The notes: generated by a model not told the origin, from the sequence alone. A DNA stretch of 64,000 bases from an uncultured Clostridia bacterium (GCA_947382485.1 CANCYS010000004.1:6385-70384); one strand, 5' to 3'. Shown: positions 35,021-45,104, numbered from the stretch's first letter. Translations and numbers: made by a program.

Positions 35021-36910
35021 TTAATTTTTCACTACCTTACGAATAATTATAGCACTGTTCGCAGGTAAGCAAATTCTAATCGCATTATTTTTACCATGTT
35101 TGTTCATGATAGAAGAATACATAAGTTCGTTGTATTCACCACTACCACCATATTCTTCATCATCAGATGACAAAATTTCTTCATAGCAGCCAGGTTCATC
35201 AACACCAAGAACATAATCTTTAATTCTGTAAGGTGAGAAATTGCAAATGCAAATCAAATAACTTCCAGATTTTGAGTATCTCTTAAATGCGTTGACACAG
35301 TTTTGATTGTCATCTTTAACAAGCCATTCAAAACCAAATTTATCAAAATCCCTTTCATACATTTCAGGAGTATCCAAATAAAAGTGGTTAAGTTCAGTAA
35401 TAAATTTACTAAGTTTTTTATTTTTCTCTGCTTTAAGTAAAACAAAGTTAATTGGAGCGTCATATGACCATTCTTTAATTTGACCAAATTCACAGCCCAT
35501 GAAAGAAAGTTTCTTTCCAGGGTGCATAAACATATAAACATAAAAAGCTCTGCAAAGGTCCATCTTGGTATTAAAGTCACCATTCATTTTGTTGATGAGT
35601 GAGTGTCTTCCGTTGCCAACTTCATCGTGGTCAACAGGCAAGATAAAGTTTTCATCAAAAGCATAATCAATAGTATGAGTCAAAATGTTGTGATGATGAG
35701 TTCTAAAATATGGGTCCATTGAAGTATATTCCCAAATATCATTAATCCAACCAACATTCCATTTAAAGTTAAAACCAAGTCCACCAACGGTAGTTGGTTT
35801 AGTAACCATAGGCCAAGAAGACACTTCCTCAGCCACCATAATGGCATTTGGAAATTCTCCAAAAATAGTACTGTTTAAATTTTTAAGAAATTGAATACCC
35901 GCATAGTTCTCATTAGTTCCTTTTGCATTAGGAACCCATTCGTCTTTGTTTCTGCAAAAGTCGAGATAAAGTATCGCAACAACTGCATCAACACGAAGTC
36001 CATCAAAATGGAATTTTCTCAAATAGAATAGGGCACTTGAAATCAAATATCCCACTACATATGGATTTTCAAAATCAAAAATACGAGTGCTCCAAGCAAG
36101 TTGGAATTTTCTGTCCCACTTAGGGCTTTCATAAAGGCTAGTACCGTCAAAGTCCATAAGTGCAAATTCATGGAAATCAAAGTGAGCAGGAACCCAGTCC
36201 AAAATAACGCCAAGTCCAGCCTCGTGACATTTGTCAACGAAATACATCAAATCCTTTGGTTTGCCATATCTGCTTGTAACGCTGTAATATCCTTGAACTT
36301 GATAACCCCAAGAAATATCTCTTGCAAATTCAGAAAGAGGCAAAAGTTCAATGTGAGTAAATCCCATTTTTTTGCAGTAAGGTATAAGCGTAGTAGCCAG
36401 TTCTCTGTAAGTATAATAACTTCCGTCGGCATGTCTCTTCCAAGAAAGTAGACATACTTCATAAATATTCATTGGAGAGTCAAGATGATTCTTATTTTCA
36501 ACACTTTCCAAATATTTTTTGTCATTCCATTTATAACCATCAATGTCATAAATATAAGAAGCAAAGTCCTTGTCATTTTCCCAGTTTTGACCATAGAAAG
36601 CATAAGGGTCAGCCTTAACAATTTCTTTGCCAAACTTGTCAATAATGATATATTTATATTTTTGTAATCTTTTTGCTTTTGGAACAAATGCTTCCCAAAT
36701 TTCCGAATCCTTAACTCGTTTAAGAGGGTTAGCCTCTCTGTCCCAATCATTAAATTCACCAACAACATAAATTTCTTCGGCATTAGGAGCAAAAACTCTA
36801 AAATATGCACCAGTTTTGCCATTTTTTGTTGCAAGGTGACTGCCAAGATACTCATAAACTTTCAAATCTTGACCTTGCTTGATTTTTGATAATCTAATGT
36901 CTGTCTTCAT
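35021..36910 (-). CDS. glgB: 1,4-alpha-glucan branching enzyme (GH13)
   Basis: 629 aa. GH13 motifs (DWVPAHF, GLRVDAV, AEEVS, HDEV). Confidence 0.9.
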   Translation of the reverse strand: MKTDIRLSKIKQGQDLKVYEYLGSHLATKNGKTGAYFRVFAPNAEEIYVVGEFNDWDREANPLKRVKDSEIWEAFVPKAKRLQKYKYIIIDKFGKEIVKADPYAFYGQNWENDKDFASYIYDIDGYKWNDKKYLESVENKNHLDSPMNIYEVCLLSWKRHADGSYYTYRELATTLIPYCKKMGFTHIELLPLSEFARDISWGYQVQGYYSVTSRYGKPKDLMYFVDKCHEAGLGVILDWVPAHFDFHEFALMDFDGTSLYESPKWDRKFQLAWSTRIFDFENPYVVGYLISSALFYLRKFHFDGLRVDAVVAILYLDFCRNKDEWVPNAKGTNENYAGIQFLKNLNSTIFGEFPNAIMVAEEVSSWPMVTKPTTVGGLGFNFKWNVGWINDIWEYTSMDPYFRTHHHNILTHTIDYAFDENFILPVDHDEVGNGRHSLINKMNGDFNTKMDLCRAFYVYMFMHPGKKLSFMGCEFGQIKEWSYDAPINFVLLKAEKNKKLSKFITELNHFYLDTPEMYERDFDKFGFEWLVKDDNQNCVNAFKRYSKSGSYLICICNFSPYRIKDYVLGVDEPGCYEEILSSDDEEYGGSGEYNELMYSSIMNKHGKNNAIRICLPANSAIIIRKVVKN

Positions 36911-36945
36911 AAATCCTCAAATAACTTATAATTTGATACTCCCAA

Positions 36946-36974
36946 AGTATAGCAAATTTAGCGTAAAATGTCAA
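36946..36974 (-). promoter_or_regulatory. sigma-70 type promoter for glgBA
   Basis: On the minus strand: TTGACA (36974-36969), 17-nt spacer, TATACT (36951-36946). Confidence 0.65.
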
Positions 36975-37038
36975 ACTCTCTGTGCATAATGTAGCAAAGT
37001 GCAAGACTTGTCTAAAATTCAAGAAATAGCCAATAAAC

Positions 37039-37067
37039 TTGTGTAAAAAATAAATTTTTGTTATAAT
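37039..37067 (+). promoter_or_regulatory. sigma-70 type promoter for xth
   Basis: TTGTGT, 17-nt spacer, TATAAT (37062-37067). Confidence 0.6.
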
Positions 37068-37102
37068 TTATTTGTTTATAAAGAAAAATATAAGGTGTAT
37101 TT

Positions 37103-37873
37103 ATGAAATTTATAAGTTGGAATGTAAATGGCATTCGTGCTTGTTTTGGAAAAGGATTTAAAGAATTTGTTTTAAGTGAAAACCCAGATGTAATGTGCGT
37201 TCAAGAAGCAAAAATGCAAGAAGGTCAGGCAAACATTGAAATCGAAGGTTATAAAACAATTTTAAATTCTGCTGAAAAAAAAGGTTATAGTGGCACAATT
37301 TGCTACACAAAAATTGACCCACAAAGCGTAACTTTTGGAATAAATGGAAAGCATATAGATGAAGGCAGAGTAATCACTTTGGAATTTGAAAATTTTTATC
37401 TTGTCAACAGTTATGTTCCAAATTCAAAAGAAGACCTTTCAAGAATAGACTATCGTGAAGAGTTTGAAGACGATGTCCGAAACTATTTGTGTGAACTAAA
37501 AAATAAAAAACCAGTAATCTACACTGGTGACATGAATGTGGCACGAAGCGAAATGGACATAAAAATTGAAAACAAAAGTGCAAAAGCAATGGAAACTCTT
37601 GAAAATAGTGCTGGATACTCAAAACAAGAGCGTGCAAAAATGGATAAACTTTTATCATCAGGATTTATTGACACGTTCAGAGAACTTAATCCAGAAACAC
37701 AAAAATATTCTTGGTGGAGTTACAAGTTTAGAGCAAGAGAACGAAACGCAGGTTGGAGAATTGATTATTTTCTTGTTTCAGAAAATATAATAAACAAAGT
37801 GAAAAGTTCAGAAATTTTAACAGAAGTTTTGGGTAGTGATCATGCACCAGTAAAATTAGTGATAGATTTATAA
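37103..37873 (+). CDS. xth: exodeoxyribonuclease III (AP endonuclease)
   Basis: 256 aa, MKFISWNVNGIRA...GDMNV...SDHAPV. Confidence 0.93.
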   Translation: MKFISWNVNGIRACFGKGFKEFVLSENPDVMCVQEAKMQEGQANIEIEGYKTILNSAEKKGYSGTICYTKIDPQSVTFGINGKHIDEGRVITLEFENFYLVNSYVPNSKEDLSRIDYREEFEDDVRNYLCELKNKKPVIYTGDMNVARSEMDIKIENKSAKAMETLENSAGYSKQERAKMDKLLSSGFIDTFRELNPETQKYSWWSYKFRARERNAGWRIDYFLVSENIINKVKSSEILTEVLGSDHAPVKLVIDL

Positions 37874-37892
37874 AATAAAAACACTTAGGTTT

Positions 37893-38486
37893 CTAAGTGT
37901 TTTCTTTTTGCTCATTTTCATTTATTAATTTTTCTTTTTCTTGCTGAGTAATAGTGTTGAGTTTTTTCTTAATTTTTCCTCCAACAAATGTTGAAACAAA
38001 TCCGCAAATATGTCCAAGAATAGAATACACCAAAATGATGCCAATCATCAAAAAGCCCTCATTCACACTTGCAATTGGATTAAGTCCCACTCCAAGCCCG
38101 CTAAATGCTAAAAATATACCTGTAAAAATACCAGTAATTGAATTAAGCCAAATTTTATCTGCTTTTTCAAAAAACATAACAGCAAAATTAACAACAAACA
38201 CGCAAATAAGACAACTAATACTAATAGTGCTCAAATTAGCATTAAATGATGATGTAATAAGGTTCATCAAAATAGCAGAAACAAATCCAATGACAACTCC
38301 AATTAATGCTCGAATTCTGTCTGTAAGTTTTGCAGAAAAGAAAATAGTCCACGACACAAATGCCACCCACATAAACGAACCACCACTCACAAACAAGCCA
38401 CCAAGAAGAGCATCAACAATATAAAGCAAACTAGCAACAACACCAATCAAAAGAGGATTAGCAAAATATTTTAAAAAGATTTTCAT
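37893..38486 (-). CDS. multi-pass membrane protein (possibly DUF1097-like)
   Basis: 197 aa with 5-6 hydrophobic helices and a charged C-terminal tail. The terminator hairpin AACACTTAG/CTAAGTGTT overlaps its stop. Confidence 0.55.
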   Translation of the reverse strand: MKIFLKYFANPLLIGVVASLLYIVDALLGGLFVSGGSFMWVAFVSWTIFFSAKLTDRIRALIGVVIGFVSAILMNLITSSFNANLSTISISCLICVFVVNFAVMFFEKADKIWLNSITGIFTGIFLAFSGLGVGLNPIASVNEGFLMIGIILVYSILGHICGFVSTFVGGKIKKKLNTITQQEKEKLINENEQKENT

Positions 38487-38643
38487 AAAAAACCAACCTA
38501 ATATTATATATATATTAAATTATATAAGTTAAGTCTTTTTTATGTCAACTACTTTTTTAAAATCATTAATATTTAATTTGGTATTGAAATTATAAAATTA
38601 ATATGCTAATATAGGTTCACAAAAGATAAAGGAGCTAAAATTC

Positions 38644-39240
38644 ATGAAAAGATATGTTCCTCATCACATCAAAGGTCGTGTTCCATCAGGCAGAAACAGT
38701 TTTGGTTATAAAGAAAGAAAAGGAAAACTTAAAAATAATGCTGGAAGCACATTTATGAGAATCCAAATTCTAAGACCAAGAGAAGAAAGTCGAAAAACAG
38801 AATTATTAAAATATGGCATAGTTTCATACAAAAAACCAAAGTATGATGAATATATGGTTGAATTTGATAATCATCAAAATTCATTTCCACATTTTCATCT
38901 TTGGAGAACAAATGGCTATTCGAAAATCAGTGACACTCGAAGCTCTGCAATCAGCCTAAGTTCAAATATCAATGATGGCATTGAATATAGTTATAGGGAA
39001 AGAGAGAAAGAAGCAAAATTAAATGACATTCAAAGTGAACAAATTCTAGATTTTATTTGTGAAAACAGATTTTTACTCTTTTGTATGTATAATGCTTTTA
39101 GACAAGGCAAGGTTAAAAGTTTCGTAGGCCTTGATGAGCATTTTGTATACAGCTTGTTCAGTAAGGCAGAAATGTCTGCAATCAAACAAAAGTATACACT
39201 TCAAATCAAGCAAACAGACATTCCAGAGTTTTCTAAATAA
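38644..39240 (+). CDS. hypothetical protein with a DUF4160-like PHFH motif
   Basis: 198 aa. YMVEFDNHQNSFPHFHLWR resembles the DUF4160 core (H-x-PPHFH). A TTGAAA-17-TAATAT promoter lies upstream. Confidence 0.5.
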   Translation: MKRYVPHHIKGRVPSGRNSFGYKERKGKLKNNAGSTFMRIQILRPREESRKTELLKYGIVSYKKPKYDEYMVEFDNHQNSFPHFHLWRTNGYSKISDTRSSAISLSSNINDGIEYSYREREKEAKLNDIQSEQILDFICENRFLLFCMYNAFRQGKVKSFVGLDEHFVYSLFSKAEMSAIKQKYTLQIKQTDIPEFSK

Positions 39241-39289
39241 TATGTAAAAAAGATTGATAAAAATAAAAAAAAGTGATAATATATAATCA

Positions 39290-39415
39290 TTCCATAAAGA
39301 GTGTGCGAGGGGCAAGCCTGTTGACCACACAGCAACCTGCAAATTTGGCAAGGTGCTAATGCTTGTATTCTATGGGCAAAGGTAAAATCATGTCCCATAG
39401 TTTATGGGATTTTTT
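39290..39415 (+). promoter_or_regulatory. SAM riboswitch (S-box / SAM-I clan) with terminator, upstream of metK
   Basis: CCATAAAGAG...GAGGGGCAAGCCTGTTGACC...GCAACC...AAGGTGCTAAT...CTATGG. Followed by a TCCCATA-GTT-TATGGGA hairpin plus a T-run, whose left arm competes with the P1 3' strand. P4 appears very short. Confidence 0.7.
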
Positions 39416-39447
39416 ATTGGGTAAAATAAGTACGAGGGATAAAATAT

Positions 39448-40533
39448 ATGAGAAAAATAATTACTAGTGAATCAGTAAACATTGGTCATCCAGACAAAAC
39501 CTGTGACACAATTGCAGACGCATTTTTAGACGAAGCATTAAGTCAAGACAAAAATGCACAAATGGCAGTTGAGTGTGCAATAAAAAATAATAAACTATTT
39601 ATTTATGGTGAATCTACCACAACTGCAAAAATTGATTATGACAAAATTGCGAAAGAAGTTTTAAAAGATATTGGATATGAAAACGATTTTGAAATAATAA
39701 AAGAAATTTCAAAGCAAAGTCCAGACATCACACAATCAGTTGTCAAAAGTGAACTCATGGCAAATGACCAAGGAATGGTATATGGCTATGCAACAAATGA
39801 AACAAAAGAATATATGCCACTTTCAATTGTCATTGCACACAAACTCATGAAAAAATATGATGAGTATAGAAGAACCACAAAAAAATATTTTGCTGATGCA
39901 AAAAGTGAAGTTTCTGTTGCATACGACAATGACCAACCAGATGAAATTGTTTCAGTGCTTGTCAGTGTTTCTCACTCAGAAAGTGTGACACACAATGAAA
40001 TTGAAAAAGATGTAATGGAAAATGTAATCACACCAGTACTTTCAGAGTATAGCGAACTTGTTACTAGTGAAATTAAGTATTATATCAACACCAGTGGCAG
40101 ATTCACAATTTGGGGAAGTTTTGGCGATAGCGGTTGTGTAGGAAGAAAAATTATTGTTGACACCTATGGCGGAATTGGTAGAGTAGGCGGAGGTTGTTTC
40201 AGTTCCAAAAATGCAACCAAGGTCGATAGAAGTGGAGCATATTATGCAAGATATATTGCAAAAAACATAGTAGCACATGGTTTTGCTGACAAATGTGAAG
40301 TGCTTGCAAGTTTTGCAATAGGTCTTCCAGAACCAATAAGCATGTACATTGAAACATTCGGAACAAACAAAGTTAAACTCAAAGATATTGAAGAATATGT
40401 AAACAAAAATTTCAATTTCAGATTAGATAATATAATCAAAGAACTTGATTTGCTCAGACCAATTTATAAAGAAACTGCATGTTTCGGACACTTTGGTAGA
40501 GAACAATTCCCTTGGGAAAAAATTAAGGATTAA
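39448..40533 (+). CDS. metK: S-adenosylmethionine synthetase
   Basis: 361 aa, SESVNIGHPDKTCDTIADAFLD...GDSG...GGGCFSSKNATKVDRSGAY. Confidence 0.88.
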   Translation: MRKIITSESVNIGHPDKTCDTIADAFLDEALSQDKNAQMAVECAIKNNKLFIYGESTTTAKIDYDKIAKEVLKDIGYENDFEIIKEISKQSPDITQSVVKSELMANDQGMVYGYATNETKEYMPLSIVIAHKLMKKYDEYRRTTKKYFADAKSEVSVAYDNDQPDEIVSVLVSVSHSESVTHNEIEKDVMENVITPVLSEYSELVTSEIKYYINTSGRFTIWGSFGDSGCVGRKIIVDTYGGIGRVGGGCFSSKNATKVDRSGAYYARYIAKNIVAHGFADKCEVLASFAIGLPEPISMYIETFGTNKVKLKDIEEYVNKNFNFRLDNIIKELDLLRPIYKETACFGHFGREQFPWEKIKD

Positions 40534-40561
40534 AAAAACGCCCTATATCAGGGTGTTTTTA
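40532..40561. terminator. bidirectional terminator
   Basis: A7-CGCCCT-ATATC-AGGGTG-T5, between convergent genes. Confidence 0.75.
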
Positions 40562-40566
40562 TATTG

Positions 40567-40881
40567 TCAAAAATCAATTTTCCAACCAAACTTGTCAAGG
40601 TCAATCGTTCCATCTTCCAAAAATTCAATGCCTTCTTGTTCCAAATAAAATCTTTGCATATTTTCTCCACCAAATGCAAAACTCCCACTCAGTCTGCCTT
40701 CTTTGTTAACAACTCTGTGACAAGGGATTTTTTCATGACAAGGATTTTTGTGGAGTGCATATCCGACCGCCCTTGAACTTCTTGGAGCATTCAAAAGTTT
40801 AGCAATTTGACCATAGGTAGCAACTTTTCCACTTGGAATTTGCATAACAATTTCATAAACTTTTTTAAAGAAACTATCCAT
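40567..40881 (-). CDS. MGMT-family protein (methylated-DNA--protein-cysteine methyltransferase DNA-binding/active-site domain only)
   Basis: 104 aa. GKVATYGQIAKLL and the active-site-like IPCHRVV. Confidence 0.7.
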   Translation of the reverse strand: MDSFFKKVYEIVMQIPSGKVATYGQIAKLLNAPRSSRAVGYALHKNPCHEKIPCHRVVNKEGRLSGSFAFGGENMQRFYLEQEGIEFLEDGTIDLDKFGWKIDF

Positions 40882-40967
40882 AAATAAAGGCTAACATATT
40901 TCAAATTTTTTTTAAAGCATATTTGACAATTTTTGCAGAATATTGTAATTTTAATAGAGGAGTAAAT

Positions 40968-41552
40968 ATGAGATTTTTCACTGCGGATACACATTTTAGT
41001 TTAAATGATTATAAAGGCGTAATAAAAAGAGATTTTCGTCCATTTAAAACAAATATGCAAATGAACAAAAAGATAATCAGCATTTGGAACAAACAGGCAG
41101 GCAAAAATGATGTAATATATCATTTGGGTGATTTTGCAAATTACAATAGTTTTGACGAAACATCATATAGCCTTTGTTTAAAATTTGTAAAGAAAATAAA
41201 AGCAAAAGTAATTTTAATTTGTGGAAACAATGAAGAACGAATTATCAAAAAAGTGTATAATGGTGATTTCGAAAAGTTTAAAAGTGCTTTAATTGAAATG
41301 GGATTTAAAGATGTTTATAAAGATAACTTGCAAATCGAAATTGATGGCAAACCTGTAAACATGGTTCATAGACCAGCAGATCATAAACAAGGCATGGAAA
41401 ATCTCTTTGGACACATACACAACTGTGTGTTTGTAAAACCATATGGTTTCAATGTCGGAGTAGACAATCACTATTTAAAGTTGTTCACTGAAAACGAAAT
41501 AATCGACATGTTTTCAAGACGCACAATATATGATGAAAATGTATATAATTAA
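40968..41552 (+). CDS. metallophosphoesterase family protein
   Basis: Start moved to ATG 40968 (MRFFTADTHFS) after the AGAGGAG RBS. Motifs DTH, HLGDF, GNNE, GHIH. 194 aa. Confidence 0.65.
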   Translation: MRFFTADTHFSLNDYKGVIKRDFRPFKTNMQMNKKIISIWNKQAGKNDVIYHLGDFANYNSFDETSYSLCLKFVKKIKAKVILICGNNEERIIKKVYNGDFEKFKSALIEMGFKDVYKDNLQIEIDGKPVNMVHRPADHKQGMENLFGHIHNCVFVKPYGFNVGVDNHYLKLFTENEIIDMFSRRTIYDENVYN

Positions 41553-41613
41553 GATTAGACGAATGTCTAGTCTTTTTATTTTATTATATTTCAAAAAAAT
41601 TAAAAATTTGCTA

Positions 41614-41642
41614 TTGACAAACCATATAAATTATGTTAAAAT
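41614..41642 (+). promoter_or_regulatory. sigma-70 type promoter (extended -10)
   Basis: TTGACA (41614-41619), 17-nt spacer, TGtTAAAAT (41634-41642). Confidence 0.65.
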
Positions 41643-41746
41643 AACCGTGTCAATAAAAATTTCACATTTTAAATGTAAAAAAACGAACATAAAGTATTAA
41701 TTTTTTACATTTTAATATTGAAATTTTTGAAGAAGGGGGAATAAAT

Positions 41747-42631
41747 ATGACAACATTACAAATTGTTTTACTTTCCATTATAGGAGTTTGCACCGCACTT
41801 TCAATAGTTTTTATGATAATGTTCATTGTTGAAATTTGCAAAACAAATAAAGATGAAGAAGAAGTTGTAGAAGTTAAAAGTGTTTTTGATGAATATAACG
41901 GAAGCGAAACCACAGAAGAAAAAGAACAACCACAATCAAACGTAACAAACATCAACATCATGCTTGCAAGTCTTGAAGATCAAACAAAAGACGAAGTAGT
42001 TGAAGAACCTGTAAAAGAAGAAGTTGTTGAAGAAGAAATCGTTGAAGAAGTTGTTGAAGAACCTGTAAGAGAGGAAGTTGAAGAACAACCAGTTGAAGTT
42101 GAAAATGAAGAATCAGAAGAAGATGAAAATTCTGATGAAGAAATTGAAGTTCCTGAAATTGTTGAAACTCCACATGAACCTTCTGTAATCATAATTGAAA
42201 ACGGTTCAGAATTCGACTATAAAACTCGTTTAGAGCAAATCACTCAAAACAGAGATAAAATTGATAAAGATTTAACAAAAATCCAAAAATCAATTTTGAA
42301 ATATGAAAGAACAAAAAGAAGAATGAACAGAAACCAAAAAATGCTCGACAGACGTGCTGGTGAACTCACAAACCTCAACCTTGTTATGTATAGCGTAACA
42401 GACATCAAAAATGTTGATGAAGAAAAGAAAGCAAAACAAGAAGAACTCACAGCACACATCGCAGAACTCAAAGCATCAATTCAAGACGCTGAGGAATTCA
42501 TTGAAAGCAACAACCAAAAGAATGAACACAATGTTAAAATGGCAAAGTTCCTTCTCAGAGAAAAGGCTAGATACAATGATGAAATTGCTCAACTTAAAGA
42601 GTTAATCAAAAAAGCCGAAGAAAATAAGTAA
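41747..42631 (+). CDS. membrane-anchored protein with an acidic E/V repeat region and a C-terminal coiled coil
   Basis: 294 aa. N-terminal TM (IVLLSIIGVCTALSIVFMIMFIV), EVVEEPVKEEVVEEE repeats, then K/E-rich heptad-like sequence. Confidence 0.6.
   Translation: MTTLQIVLLSIIGVCTALSIVFMIMFIVEICKTNKDEEEVVEVKSVFDEYNGSETTEEKEQPQSNVTNINIMLASLEDQTKDEVVEEPVKEEVVEEEIVEEVVEEPVREEVEEQPVEVENEESEEDENSDEEIEVPEIVETPHEPSVIIIENGSEFDYKTRLEQITQNRDKIDKDLTKIQKSILKYERTKRRMNRNQKMLDRRAGELTNLNLVMYSVTDIKNVDEEKKAKQEELTAHIAELKASIQDAEEFIESNNQKNEHNVKMAKFLLREKARYNDEIAQLKELIKKAEENK
41991..42160 (+). repeat. imperfect in-frame tandem repeat (GTTGAAGAA-rich) encoding the E/V-rich region
   Basis: AGTAGTTGAAGAACCTGTAAAAGAAGAAGTTG recurs as AGTTGTTGAAGAACCTGTAAGAGAGGAAGTTG about 53 nt later. 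Confidence 0.6.
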
Positions 42632-42645
42632 TAAAACTTAATTTT

Positions 42646-42674
42646 AAAACCTAAGCAAATGCTTAGGTTTTTTT
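42646..42674 (+). terminator. rho-independent terminator
   Basis: AACCTAAGC-AAAT-GCTTAGGTT plus T7. Confidence 0.85.
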
Positions 42675-42810
42675 ATGTGCAAAGTAAATAAATAAAATTT
42701 CCCTGTAAAGTTTTTTAATTTACTATTTTTTCAAGAAATGTTATTATAAGAATATATTATAATATGTTGTTATAATAATTAAAATTATTAATATTGAAAA
42801 AACTAATAGG

Positions 42811-43695
42811 GTGAAGAATATGTTTAATATTTTCAAACGCAATAAAGAAATTGAAAACGAAGGAAAGGTTCAAATCAATCGCAAGATAAAAATTGGTCTT
42901 GCACTTGGTGGTGGTGGTTCTCGTGGAATCGCCCATATTGGTGCACTCAAAGCATTTGAAGAACTTGGAATAAAGTTTGATTATATTGCAGGCACAAGTT
43001 CAGGTAGTGTTGTTGGTGCACTCTATGCTTTTGGAAAAACGCCAGAAGAAATTGAAAAAATCGCCAAAACTGTAAAAAAGAAAGACATAACTCGTGGTTC
43101 AATCCCAGTTTTAAAACCAGTAAAGGGCGAAAAACTTGAAAATGCACTCAACCAAATTTTTGGTGACATAACTGTTTTTTCTGAACTAAAAATTCCATTT
43201 TGTGCTGTTTGCACAGATTTAAGAACAGGCAGAGAAATAGACTTTGATTATGGAAATTTAGCAAAAGTGCTTTCTGCAAGTTGTGCAGTTCCAGCAGTTT
43301 TTGCACCTGTTGTATATGAAGATATGCATCTTGTAGATGGCGGACTAAGAAACAATGTTCCAGCCGATGTTGTGAGAAACATGGGTGCAAATGTAGTCTT
43401 TGCAATAGACGTAAATCATTTAAGAGGCAAAGGCACAGATTCTCTTTCAACAGTCAGCATACTTTCGCAAACCATAGGCATAATCATGCAGGCAAAAATT
43501 GATAAAGCAATGGAGTGTGCCGACATGATATTCATGCCAGCATTGGAAACATTTTCTCCATTAAACTTTGACAGCATTGATGAAATGATAAAAATCGGAT
43601 ATGACACAGTCATGGCAAATAAAACAAAAATTCAAAAAATGCTTGGTTTAAATCCAAAGAAAATAGATAACTATTTCACCAAATCAAACAAGTAA
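42811..43695 (+). CDS. patatin-like phospholipase
   Basis: GLALGGGGSRG oxyanion motif, GTSSG nucleophile, DGG aspartate motif. The start is either GTG 42811 or ATG 42820. Confidence 0.85.
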   Translation: MKNMFNIFKRNKEIENEGKVQINRKIKIGLALGGGGSRGIAHIGALKAFEELGIKFDYIAGTSSGSVVGALYAFGKTPEEIEKIAKTVKKKDITRGSIPVLKPVKGEKLENALNQIFGDITVFSELKIPFCAVCTDLRTGREIDFDYGNLAKVLSASCAVPAVFAPVVYEDMHLVDGGLRNNVPADVVRNMGANVVFAIDVNHLRGKGTDSLSTVSILSQTIGIIMQAKIDKAMECADMIFMPALETFSPLNFDSIDEMIKIGYDTVMANKTKIQKMLGLNPKKIDNYFTKSNK

Positions 43696-43727
43696 AATTG
43701 TTTGGATAAATTTCACTAAGGAAAACA

Positions 43728-45053
43728 ATGGGTAAAAGAAGAAACAAAAGAAACAAAGGAAAAATAAATCGTTCAGGACTCAAATTAAAAGTTACAGTGC
43801 TTTTAGTTTTGCTTGTCTGCCTTTTGGTTTCTTTTTTCTTTGCACCAAAAATAGAAACTGCTCTTGGATTAAACAGTCAGTTTAACAAAAATCAAACAAC
43901 GGCAGAAAAAGTTTATAATTCAAATAGTTTTGTCTCGTTTATAGATGTCGGTCAGGGAAGTTCTGCATTCATAAAACTCCCAGATGGCAAAAACATTTTG
44001 ATTGATGGTGGAAACACAGAATATGGCGATGATGTTGCAGAATTTTTAAATGACAGAGGTGTCACAACCATTGATTATATGATTGCCACACATTCAGATT
44101 CCGACCACATCGGTGGCTTAAACTATGTTCTTCAAGAATTTGAAGTTAAAAACATTTATAGACCTTTTCAAATATGTGGAACAGGCACAAGTGCAAACAA
44201 TTTTGTTCCTTATGAAGATGAAGACCTTGGCGGGTTTTACGAAAAATTCATCAAAAATGGAGATGTCGACAAAGTTTCAAGAGTCACAAGTGAAGTTTAT
44301 AAAACTTTTATAACAAAAATCTATTCAGAAACTTATTACGAAAATGGTGCTACAAAAGAAAGCACTGTTACAGTTTTTTATGATGGTCTCAAAATTGAAG
44401 ACGAAAATTATAGTCTTGAATTTTTTGCACCAATAATAAGGTCAAAAAATTATGACTTAGAAATATTTTCTTCAAAAACATCAGGCTATGCAACCATAGG
44501 TTATGGTGTAAGCAGAGCAAATGATAACTCAGCAATTTGCCTGTTGTCTTGTATGGGCTTCAAGTACCTTTTCACAGGTGATGCACCAAGTTCAGAATAT
44601 GGCAAAGATTCAGATAATTTTGAAGAACTCGACTTTGTAAAAAGTTTAACAAATTCAGAAAAAATATTGCTTTCAAATATTGATGTATATGTAGTCGGTC
44701 ATCATGGAAGCAAATATAGTTCAAGCAAAATGTTGCTATCATTAATAAATCCAAGGTTTGCAGTAATCTCTGTTGGCAAAGGCAACACCTATGGTCATCC
44801 GCATGAAGAAACAATTCAAAGAATATCCGCAACATCAAATTTGGAGCAAGATTACCTCCAAAGAACAGATAAAAGTGGCACAATAACATTTGCCAAGATT
44901 GACGGAAAACTTTTGTATGCACTTGAAGTGCAAACATCAGAAAGTGGTTTCAAAATTTCATGGTATGTGCTAGGAAGTGTAATATATGTTTTTGTTGCAG
45001 TTTTTGTATTATCAATAAGGTTTAAAAAACCTCGAAAAAATCAAAAACATTGA
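43728..45053 (+). CDS. membrane-anchored MBL-fold hydrolase, ComEC/Rec2 C-terminal-domain-like
   Basis: 441 aa. N- and C-terminal TM segments; FIDVGQGSSAFI...ILIDGG, ATHSDSDHIGGL, GHHGS. Confidence 0.7.
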   Translation: MGKRRNKRNKGKINRSGLKLKVTVLLVLLVCLLVSFFFAPKIETALGLNSQFNKNQTTAEKVYNSNSFVSFIDVGQGSSAFIKLPDGKNILIDGGNTEYGDDVAEFLNDRGVTTIDYMIATHSDSDHIGGLNYVLQEFEVKNIYRPFQICGTGTSANNFVPYEDEDLGGFYEKFIKNGDVDKVSRVTSEVYKTFITKIYSETYYENGATKESTVTVFYDGLKIEDENYSLEFFAPIIRSKNYDLEIFSSKTSGYATIGYGVSRANDNSAICLLSCMGFKYLFTGDAPSSEYGKDSDNFEELDFVKSLTNSEKILLSNIDVYVVGHHGSKYSSSKMLLSLINPRFAVISVGKGNTYGHPHEETIQRISATSNLEQDYLQRTDKSGTITFAKIDGKLLYALEVQTSESGFKISWYVLGSVIYVFVAVFVLSIRFKKPRKNQKH

Positions 45054-45104
45054 CAGTTATATCAAAAAGGTTTATTATAAATATTGAGAGAAAGTAGGTT
45101 GTTT

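Noticed and set aside
37954-38424. 156-aa plus-strand ORF
   Set aside because: It is antisense to the multi-TM membrane protein gene. The minus-strand reading gives coherent TM helices and ends at a terminator.
40445-40776. Two plus-strand ORFs of 67-70 aa
   Set aside because: They overlap the metK 3' end and terminator, and lie antisense to the MGMT-family gene. Neither has an RBS.
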